Positions 23,410-32,000 of a DNA stretch of 32,000 nt are shown piece by piece. The first letter of the stretch is position 1. Every line of letters begins with the position of its first letter. This DNA comes from Schaalia odontolytica (GTDB taxonomy: Bacteria > Actinomycetota > Actinomycetes > Actinomycetales > Actinomycetaceae), in the NCBI RefSeq assembly GCF_005696695.1, contig NZ_CP040006.1, positions 1,110,001 through 1,142,000 on the forward strand, read 5' to 3'. The notes below the pieces were generated by a model. That model ran no database searches, was not told the origin of the DNA, and saw only the letters and a program-made list of their open reading frames with translations. A program made the translations under genes and the position numbers.

Positions 23410-24687
23410 GTGTCTACGGACTTCACCGCCGCCGAGCTCGACGCGATTCGATCGGACTTTCCGATTCTGAGTCGCGTCGGGCGCGGCGGCGCGCCCATTG
23501 CGTACCTCGACGCATCCGCGACCTCGCAGAAGCCCGCGTGCGTCATCGACGCCGAGGCCGACTTCTACCGTCGTAGCAACGGAGCGGTCCACCGAGGTAC
23601 GCACCTTCTCGGCGACGAGGCGACTGACGCTTTCGAGAGCGCTCGGGGTACCCTGGCCTCGTTCGTGGGCGTTGCACCCGACGAGATCGTGTGGACGAAG
23701 AACGCGACCGAGGCGATCAACCTCGTCGCTCTGTCCATCGCAAACGCGTCGCAGGGCATGGGAGGCGCGGAGTCTGCTGCGCTGCGCGTGGGACCGGGCG
23801 ACCGCATTGTCTGTACCCGCGCCGAGCACCACGCCAACATCGTTCCGTGGCAGCAGCTGTGTGAGCGTACGGGCGCCGAGCTTGCATGGCTCGATCTGAC
23901 GCCCGACGGTCGCATCGACCTGGACACGCTGTCGGTGATCACGCCGAATACCCGTTTGGTCGCCTTTACCCACGTGTCTAACGTGACGGGTGCCGTTTCA
24001 CCTGTTGCTGCCGTGACTGCAGCTGCCCGCGCCGTCGGCGCGCTTATTCTGCTCGACACGTGCCAGTCCAGCGCGCACATGCCGCTCGACCTATCCGCGC
24101 TCGACGTGGACTTCGCGGTGTTTTCATCGCACAAAATGCTGGGTCCGACGGGCGCCGGCGCGCTGTGGGGACGTCGTGCGCTTCTAGCTGCGATGCCACC
24201 CGTTCTCACCGGCGGCTCGATGATCGAATGGGTGACCATGGAGGAATCGACCTTCATGGCTCCTCCCGAGCGCTTCGAAGCCGGATCGCAGCCTGTCGCG
24301 CAGATCGCCGCCTGGTCGGAGGCACTGCGCTACCTGTCGACGCTCGGCATGGACCGCGTGGAGGCCCACGAGCATGCGCTTACCCGCATGATGCTCGACG
24401 GAATTTCGTCGATCGACGGTATTCAGGTCCTCGGCCCGGAATCGGACGTTGAGCGCATCGGTGTCGTCGCTTTCGCCGTCGACGGTGTACACCCGCACGA
24501 CGTCGGTCAGTTCATGGACTCCGTGGATGTGGCCGTGCGCGTCGGGCACCACTGCGCAATCCCGCTCCATACGTTCTTCCAGGTGCGCTCTTCAGCGCGT
24601 GCGTCCGTCGCACCGACTACGACAGCGCAAGAGATCGACCGTCTCGTCGATGGGCTGTCGAAGGTACGCAGTTTCTTTGGCCGATAG
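23410..24687 (+). CDS. sufS: Cysteine desulfurase, SufS subfamily
   Basis: Diagnostic blocks are YLDASATSQKP, HHANIVPWQ, the PLP-lysine block FSSHKMLGPTG and the active-site loop RVGHHCA. The start is GTG. Confidence 0.93.
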   Translation: MSTDFTAAELDAIRSDFPILSRVGRGGAPIAYLDASATSQKPACVIDAEADFYRRSNGAVHRGTHLLGDEATDAFESARGTLASFVGVAPDEIVWTKNATEAINLVALSIANASQGMGGAESAALRVGPGDRIVCTRAEHHANIVPWQQLCERTGAELAWLDLTPDGRIDLDTLSVITPNTRLVAFTHVSNVTGAVSPVAAVTAAARAVGALILLDTCQSSAHMPLDLSALDVDFAVFSSHKMLGPTGAGALWGRRALLAAMPPVLTGGSMIEWVTMEESTFMAPPERFEAGSQPVAQIAAWSEALRYLSTLGMDRVEAHEHALTRMMLDGISSIDGIQVLGPESDVERIGVVAFAVDGVHPHDVGQFMDSVDVAVRVGHHCAIPLHTFFQVRSSARASVAPTTTAQEIDRLVDGLSKVRSFFGR

Positions 24688-24725
24688 AATCGACAACAGT
24701 ACCGGAATCATTTGGAAAGGTTGCC

Positions 24726-25202
24726 ATGGGAAGTCTTGAGCAGTTGTACCAGCAGGTGATCCTCGATCACGCTCGTGAGAAGCACGGTGCGGGGGATCCG
24801 AGCGGTATGGATGCTTCGTCGCACCAGGTGAACCCCACGTGCGGCGACGAGGTGACGCTGGGCGTCACGCTGGATGGGGAACGTCTTGCTTCCCTGCAGT
24901 GGGATGGTGACGGCTGCTCGATTTCGCGAGCGTCTCTGTCCATGATGACCGACCTGACCGAAGGCAAGTCCGCCGAAGAAATCGGCCGCCTGTACCGGGA
25001 CATGGAGGTCATGATGCATTCGCGTAACCTCGGCGTTGACGATGAGATCCTTGACGACCTGGGCGACGCGGCCGCCCTCGAATCAACCTCGCAGTTCGCG
25101 AACCGCGTGAAGTGCGCCCTCCTGGGCTGGTACGCGCTGCGCGACGCGATGGCCAAGTCCGGCATCGATATTTCCACCGCGGGCGAGCCCGCTGAGCAGT
25201 AA
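24726..25202 (+). CDS. sufU: SUF system NifU/IscU-like Fe-S scaffold / sulfurtransferase SufU
   Basis: LYQQVILDHAREKHG, NPTCGDEV, GDGCSISRAS and RVKCALL supply the conserved Cys/Asp ligands of SufU. Confidence 0.9.
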   Translation: MGSLEQLYQQVILDHAREKHGAGDPSGMDASSHQVNPTCGDEVTLGVTLDGERLASLQWDGDGCSISRASLSMMTDLTEGKSAEEIGRLYRDMEVMMHSRNLGVDDEILDDLGDAAALESTSQFANRVKCALLGWYALRDAMAKSGIDISTAGEPAEQ

Positions 25203-25212
25203 AGGAACACCC

Positions 25213-25644
25213 ATGAGTAACCCGATGGCTCAGTCTGAGCCCGTCGAGCAGCGCTTCGGAGCGCCTGCGCAGGAAGCGCCGGCCGCCGAGGTGCCCACCC
25301 GTCAGATTGATGGCACCGACGTCATTGAGCAGGGCACCCTTGCGGCCGAGAACGTGCTCGAAGCCCTCAAGGACGTTATCGACCCCGAACTCGGCATCAA
25401 CATTGTTGATCTCGGCCTGGTCTACGGTGTCGTCATCGGCTCCGAGAATCAGGTGCGCCTCGATATGACCCTGACGTCGGCCGCCTGCCCGCTCACCGAT
25501 GTCATCGAGCGCCAGGCACAGACGATTCTGTCTGCCGTCACCGACGAGGTGCAGATCAACTGGGTCTGGATGCCGCCGTGGGGCCCCGATCGCATCACGC
25601 CCGATGGCCGCGAGCAGCTGCGTGCCATTGGTTTTAACGTCTGA
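25213..25644 (+). CDS. DUF59 (MIP18/SufT-like) metal-sulfur cluster assembly factor
   Basis: ALKDVIDPELGINIVDLGLVY...MTLTSAACPL is the classic DUF59 core. It is the last gene of the actinobacterial suf operon. Confidence 0.85.
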   Translation: MSNPMAQSEPVEQRFGAPAQEAPAAEVPTRQIDGTDVIEQGTLAAENVLEALKDVIDPELGINIVDLGLVYGVVIGSENQVRLDMTLTSAACPLTDVIERQAQTILSAVTDEVQINWVWMPPWGPDRITPDGREQLRAIGFNV

Positions 25645-25657
25645 TCAACACACAATC

Positions 25658-25693
25658 ATCCCCCGGGGGCGTTGCCTCCCGGGGGATTGTTTT
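25658..25693. terminator. Terminator hairpin shared by the convergent suf operon and the acyl-CoA synthetase gene
   Basis: A 10-bp stem pairs atcccccggg (25658-25667) with cccgggggat (25678-25687). tgtttta follows on the + strand. It sits between two convergent stop codons. Confidence 0.75.
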
Positions 25694-25731
25694 ATGCGGT
25701 GGAGAGGGCGAGCCTGCCGGGAGCAAGAGAA

Positions 25732-27417
25732 CTAGCGACCCAATGCCTCGCGCACGAGCTGGGCGACCTTGCGACGCAGGATCTTTCCCATCTGATTGCG
25801 CGGGAGCTCGGCGATAACGACGAGTTGGCGGGGGAGTGCGTAGTGCGCAATCGTCTTCTCTGCCCAGGCACGCACCTCTTCAAGAGTCAGCGGCGCGCTG
25901 CCCTCCTCCATGATGATGGCTGCGGCGACTTCCTCGGTCGCCTCCGAAATGGGAACCCCCACGACGGCAACGTCGTTGACCGACGGATGACTGCGAATCG
26001 CGGCTTCCACTTGGGACGGGTACACGTTGAACCCGCCGGACAAGATGAGTTCCTTCTTGCGGTCCGCCATCGAAATGAACCCGTCGCTGTTTACGCCGAT
26101 GTCGCCGGTCTTAAACCAACCCTCAGATGTAAAGACGCGTGCTGTTTCTTCGGGTGCGTCCAGATATCCTTCGAAGACCTGAGGTCCGCGAACGATAATT
26201 TCCCCAGGCTGTCCATCCTCGACGTCGAGCGTATCGTCGTCGAGCGAGACGAGGCGTAGCTGCGTGGAAGGGAATGGCACGCCAAGAACGCCGTGACGGC
26301 GCTTATCCGACAGAGGCGCACCGGTCAACACCGGAGCGGTTTCAGACAAGCCATAACCCTCGACGATCATGCCACCGGTAGCTTCCTCCCACTCACCCGC
26401 AAGCGTCGTCGACAGCGGCATGGCACCGGCGACCGAATAACGAATGGAGGACAGGTCTGTCTTCGTTCGCGTGGCGAGTCGGAGGATCCTCTCAAACATG
26501 GGAGGAACACCGACAAAGAAGGTGATCGGGCGCCGTTTATACGCGTCAAGAGCCATCTGCGCATCGAATTTCGGGAGGAGGACCTGGGTGGCCGCCTTGC
26601 GCACGGACGCGCACAGGAAGAACGTCAGCCCGAAGGCATGGAAGTAGGGGAGAAGCGAAAAGAAGGTTTCCGCGCCTTCGTGCAGCTTCCACACCCAGAA
26701 CATGCACTGGTTGACGTTGACTCCGATGTTGCGGTGGGTAAGGGGAGCAGACTTGGGGATGCCGTTTGTTCCGGAAGTATGCAGGATGACCGCACGATCG
26801 TCGGGTGAGGGCAGTGGGAACGACGGGTCAATGGGCGTCGACGAGGCCGTGGCTCGGTCCCACGACCGCGTGCCCGAAGGGACGGAGCCGCGCAGCTGAT
26901 TGCGGGTCTCGCGTGCCCGAGCAACCGGAAGCCTCAAGAGCAGACGCTGCGAGGCCGGCATGCCGTGCGAAATATCCACCGTGAACACGGTGTCGAGAAC
27001 GCTGAGCGGATAGGCATCCACACACTTTTCCCACACGATCGCCACCTTGCCGCCGTGGCGGCCAAGCTGGCCCGCGATCTCCGAAGCCGGAGCGAGTGGA
27101 TTATGCTGCGCGGCGATCGCCCCAATTCGCATACACGCGTAGAAGGCAACAAACGCCTGCGGGCAGTTCGGCAGCGCGATGGCCACCGTATCGCCCGGCC
27201 CGACCCCGGCCTCGCGCAGAACCCGCGCGGCCTTCAGAACCTGATCGCGCACCTGCGCGTACGTGGTCGTTGCCCCGAAGTAGTCGAGCGCAATGCGGTC
27301 GGGATACAAACGCGCCGCATCGTCCAACAGACTGTACAGCGATTCATCAGGCACGGGCACCTCGTAGGGGACCGCGTCGTACATGTCGTGAGCCTGCTCG
27401 ATGATGCTGCGTGTCAT
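25732..27417 (-). CDS. Long-chain fatty acid--CoA ligase (AMP-binding family)
   Basis: The AMP-binding motif is ILHTSGTNGIPKS. Other family blocks are GYGLSET, WFKTGD and the C-terminal GKILRR. I placed the start at ATG 27417 (MTRSIIEQ) behind GGAGGAA; the tracked start at 27615 overlaps the neighbouring gene. Confidence 0.88.
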   Translation of the reverse strand: MTRSIIEQAHDMYDAVPYEVPVPDESLYSLLDDAARLYPDRIALDYFGATTTYAQVRDQVLKAARVLREAGVGPGDTVAIALPNCPQAFVAFYACMRIGAIAAQHNPLAPASEIAGQLGRHGGKVAIVWEKCVDAYPLSVLDTVFTVDISHGMPASQRLLLRLPVARARETRNQLRGSVPSGTRSWDRATASSTPIDPSFPLPSPDDRAVILHTSGTNGIPKSAPLTHRNIGVNVNQCMFWVWKLHEGAETFFSLLPYFHAFGLTFFLCASVRKAATQVLLPKFDAQMALDAYKRRPITFFVGVPPMFERILRLATRTKTDLSSIRYSVAGAMPLSTTLAGEWEEATGGMIVEGYGLSETAPVLTGAPLSDKRRHGVLGVPFPSTQLRLVSLDDDTLDVEDGQPGEIIVRGPQVFEGYLDAPEETARVFTSEGWFKTGDIGVNSDGFISMADRKKELILSGGFNVYPSQVEAAIRSHPSVNDVAVVGVPISEATEEVAAAIIMEEGSAPLTLEEVRAWAEKTIAHYALPRQLVVIAELPRNQMGKILRRKVAQLVREALGR

Positions 27418-27466
27418 GACTTCCTCCTGCGAATCGGCGCACTCAATTGTACCGACGCAGGTGCGC

Positions 27467-28363
27467 TCACACTCGCGGAGCACTCCACGTGTCACACGTC
27501 GAGATATCGCCGGAATCAAGTCCGCGCTGCAGCCACGTCGCGCGCTGCTGGGCACTGCCATGCGTCCACGTCTCCGGGTTCGAAGACCCCTGGTACTTTT
27601 CCTGCAGACGGTCATCCCCGATTGCCTGAGCGGTCTGGAGCGCGCCCAGGACCTGATCGGCCGTCGGAGTCTTCAGGAACGGAGTGCCGGTCGAAGGATC
27701 CGGGGTGTTGGATGCCCAGTGCATCCACACGCCCGCGTAGCAGTCCGCCTGAAGCTCGCTGCGCACGCCCGCACCCTGTTCCCCGGACTCACGCGTATCG
27801 TGCGCGCGGAAGACACCCTGAATGTTCTGGATGTGGTGGCCCCACTCGTGGGCCACGACGTATTCCTGGGCGAGCACGGAATCGGATGCACCGTACTTGG
27901 AGACCATGTCATCGAAGAAACCAAGGTCGAGGTACACCGTCGAGTCTCCAGGGCAGTAGAAGGGGCCCACGGCGCTCGTCGCGTTACCGCACGCGGTGGA
28001 GACGGAGTTCGTGAAGATCTGGAAGTCGGGCAGCTGGTATGTGATGCCCGTGTCCTGGGCGGACAACTGCGTCTTCCACACTGCGTCGAGGGACTGAGCG
28101 GTGGCGACCATGCGGCACTCGACGCGAGTGTTAGCGTCCTGTCCCGTCTGACAGGTGGACGTGTCGACTGCCGACGACGAGGTCGACGACGTGTTGGAAG
28201 GCGAGGACAGTAGGCTCGTCAGATCGATGCCGGTGAAGTAGGAGAACCCGAGGATCAAGAGAACACCGAGCAGCGAGCCGCCGCCCGCACCAGCGATCTT
28301 GCGCCCTGCGCCGGACGTACCGACGCGCGAGGGATCCAAACGGATGTTGTCATTGAAACTCAT
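27467..28363 (-). CDS. YpfJ-family neutral zinc metallopeptidase (membrane-anchored)
   Basis: A Gly-rich TM anchor (GGGSLLGVLLILGF) lies at the N-terminus. GPFYCPGD and the zinc motif AHEWGHHIQ are present, and the C-terminus has GSAQQR. This matches the PF04228-type family as I recall it. Confidence 0.85.
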   Translation of the reverse strand: MSFNDNIRLDPSRVGTSGAGRKIAGAGGGSLLGVLLILGFSYFTGIDLTSLLSSPSNTSSTSSSAVDTSTCQTGQDANTRVECRMVATAQSLDAVWKTQLSAQDTGITYQLPDFQIFTNSVSTACGNATSAVGPFYCPGDSTVYLDLGFFDDMVSKYGASDSVLAQEYVVAHEWGHHIQNIQGVFRAHDTRESGEQGAGVRSELQADCYAGVWMHWASNTPDPSTGTPFLKTPTADQVLGALQTAQAIGDDRLQEKYQGSSNPETWTHGSAQQRATWLQRGLDSGDISTCDTWSAPRV

Positions 28364-28378
28364 GGTTGCTCCACACTT

Positions 28379-30390
<2,012 letters not shown>

Positions 30391-30410
30391 GGGATGAAAC
30401 CTCGCAAAGC

Positions 30411-30416
30411 AGAGTA
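30411..30416 (-). promoter_or_regulatory. Candidate -10 hexamer TACTCT for the yhhQ-tgt transcript
   Basis: On the - strand, TACTCT lies 20 nt upstream of the yhhQ ATG. This would leave a ~13-nt leader containing GAGG. It rests on motif evidence only. Confidence 0.25.
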
Positions 30417-30520
30417 GATATCGGTTAATTCCGACACCCATTGTGCCCGCTCCTTGCGTGATCATGCGCAACAGCGCCGCCTCGCAGGCGGGTTGATTCG
30501 CCCACACGCACCCCTCCCTC

Positions 30521-30526
30521 TACTCT
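30521..30526 (+). promoter_or_regulatory. Candidate -10 hexamer TACTCT placing the TSS on the GTG of the ABC-F gene (leaderless)
   Basis: TACTCT (TANNNT) ends exactly 6 nt before GTG 30533. Confidence 0.3.
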
Positions 30527-30532
30527 TGGAGG

Positions 30533-32000
30533 GTGATTAACGTCCAGGATTTCTCGTTGCGCATCGGCCCCCGCGAGCTCGTCAACCACGCGAGCTTCCG
30601 TATCGACAAAGGCATGTGTATCGGCCTCGTTGGCCGTAACGGCGCGGGTAAGACGACGACGATGAGGTTGCTAGCAGGCGAAGGCGACCGCGGAGGGGCC
30701 GCCGAATACACCGGCACCATCTCGTCGAATGGGACGGTCGGTTACCTGGCGCAGGACACGCACGTGGGTGATCCGTCGATGAAGGCCCGCGACCGCATCA
30801 TTTCCGTGCGTGGCATCGACTCGATTATCGCCCGTATCCGCAAGGCCGAACACGAGATGTCAACGACCGAGGGCGCTCGTCAGCAGCGCGCGATGGAACG
30901 TTACGTGAAGCTCGACCAGCAGTTTACGAACTCCGGCGGCTGGGCGGCCAACGCCGAGGCGGCCCAGATTGCGCATTCGCTGGGGCTTGAAGACCGGGTG
31001 CTTGATCAGACCCTCGATACTCTCTCCGGTGGTCAGCGACGCAGGGTCGAGCTAGCCCGCGTGCTCTTCTCGGACGCAGACGTGCTGCTTCTGGACGAAC
31101 CCACGAACCACCTTGACCACGATTCGATCGTCTGGCTGCGTGACTGGATCAAGACCTTCCCCGGCGGCGTCATGATCATTTCGCACGACGTCAAGCTGCT
31201 GGGTGACACTGTCAACCAGGTGTTCTACCTCGATGCGAACCGCGCACAGATCGACATCTATCACCTCGGCTGGTCGGCCTATCTCAAGCAGCGCGAGGAA
31301 GACGAACGCCGTCGCCGTAAGGAACGCGCCAACGCGTTGAAGAAGGCCGAACACCTCAAGGCCCAGGGCGAGAAAATGCGCGCGAAGGCCACGAAGGCTG
31401 TCGCCGCACAGCAGATGCTGCGCCGGGCCGAAGAGCTTTTCGCCCAGGCGGGTTCAGAGGTCGTCCAGGACAAGGTCGCGCGCCTACGCTTCCCCGACCC
31501 GGCACCATCGGGCCGCGTTCCCCTCACTGCTGAAGGGCTGTCGAAGTCCTACGGTTCTCTCGAAGTGTTTACCGGTGTGGACCTCGCGATCGACCGCGGC
31601 TCGAAAGTCGTCGTCCTCGGCCTCAACGGCGCCGGCAAGACGACGCTCCTGCGGCTCCTGTCCGGTATTGAGGAGCCGGACTCCGGCCGTGTCGTACCCG
31701 GACATGGCCTCAAGCTCGGCTACTACGCCCAGGAGCACGAGACCCTTGATGAGACCCGCACGATTCGTGAAAATATGGCCGAGGCCGCCCCTACCCTCGA
31801 CGACACCCACGTGCGCAACATTCTCGGCCAGTTCCTCTTCCAAGGTGACGACGTCGAAAAGCCCGTGTCCGTGCTGTCTGGCGGTGAGAAGACCCGCCTC
31901 GCTTTAGCAACACTCGTCGTCTCGGGCGCAAACGTCCTGCTGCTCGACGAACCGACCAACAACCTCGACCCCGCCTCGCGCGAAGAGATCCTCGCGGCCC
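30533..32000 (+). CDS. ABC-F family ATPase (two ABC domains, no TM domain; partial, continues past the window)
   Basis: This frame is absent from the ORF track because no stop codon falls inside the window, so I translated it by hand. The N-terminus is VINVQDFSLRIG. Domain 1 has GRNGAGKTT, LSGGQRRR and LLLDEPTNHLD. A basic ~80-aa linker (KQREEDERRRRKERANALKK...) follows. Domain 2 has GLNGAGKTT, LSGGEKTR and LLLDEPTNNLD. An in-frame TGA at 30494 excludes any earlier start. Confidence 0.9.
   Translation, partial: MINVQDFSLRIGPRELVNHASFRIDKGMCIGLVGRNGAGKTTTMRLLAGEGDRGGAAEYTGTISSNGTVGYLAQDTHVGDPSMKARDRIISVRGIDSIIARIRKAEHEMSTTEGARQQRAMERYVKLDQQFTNSGGWAANAEAAQIAHSLGLEDRVLDQTLDTLSGGQRRRVELARVLFSDADVLLLDEPTNHLDHDSIVWLRDWIKTFPGGVMIISHDVKLLGDTVNQVFYLDANRAQIDIYHLGWSAYLKQREEDERRRRKERANALKKAEHLKAQGEKMRAKATKAVAAQQMLRRAEELFAQAGSEVVQDKVARLRFPDPAPSGRVPLTAEGLSKSYGSLEVFTGVDLAIDRGSKVVVLGLNGAGKTTLLRLLSGIEEPDSGRVVPGHGLKLGYYAQEHETLDETRTIRENMAEAAPTLDDTHVRNILGQFLFQGDDVEKPVSVLSGGEKTRLALATLVVSGANVLLLDEPTNNLDPASREEILAA

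Noticed and set aside
27418-27466. The hairpin gcgcac-N18-gtgcgc between the peptidase stop and the acyl-CoA synthetase start, considered as a terminator or attenuator
   Set aside because: It has only a 6-bp stem with an 18-nt loop and no U-tract on the - strand. It is too weak to call. It may still modulate readthrough, but the sequence alone does not support that.
30391-30532. A possible preQ1 riboswitch in the yhhQ 5' region
   Set aside because: I read the - strand leader (…ggtgtcggaattaaccgatatctactctgctttgcgaggtttcatcccATG). I found no preQ1-I hallmark, meaning a short hairpin followed by an A-rich tail ending in CUA/AGG, and nothing resembling preQ1-II. A candidate -10 (TACTCT) would leave only a ~13-nt leader. 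A covariance-model scan (Rfam RF00522, RF01054, RF02680) would settle the question.

Overview
High-GC actinobacterial chromosomal core segment. The 16S rRNA read by eye looks like Actinomycetaceae (Actinomyces/Schaalia-like), but I cannot run a database search to confirm this. Gene order on the + strand: argG 3' end, a Wzy_C/O-antigen-ligase-like membrane protein, argH, tyrS, and a complete rrn operon (16S-23S-5S, no spacer tRNA, with promoter, processing stems and terminator). Next comes a seven-gene chain joined by start/stop overlaps: an RGG-repeat + TPR-like + HAD-IIA phosphatase fusion, a 62-aa ORF, tlyA, nadK, recN, steA, and a steB/mctB-like gene. A NUDIX hydrolase follows, then the actinobacterial SUF operon (sufR-sufBDCSU plus a DUF59 gene). 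Converging on the - strand are an acyl-CoA synthetase, a YpfJ-type zinc metallopeptidase, tgt and yhhQ. A divergent ABC-F ATPase runs off the right edge. I see no mobile elements, CRISPR arrays, tRNAs or pseudogenes. This is mostly an ordinary housekeeping region. Three things deserve a second look. (1) A ~250-aa RG(G)F/Y-RRDD tandem-repeat low-complexity domain is fused to an intact HAD phosphatase, directly after the rRNA operon and upstream of the rRNA methyltransferase gene tlyA. (2) The Tgt is translationally coupled to a YhhQ transporter, and its substrate-pocket motifs (FDEL, GGALEKE) and a ~30-aa insertion differ from the canonical bacterial enzyme. (3) A glycan-ligase-like membrane gene is wedged between argG and argH behind a strong terminator. 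All family assignments come from motifs recognised by eye in the supplied translations; no searches were run.
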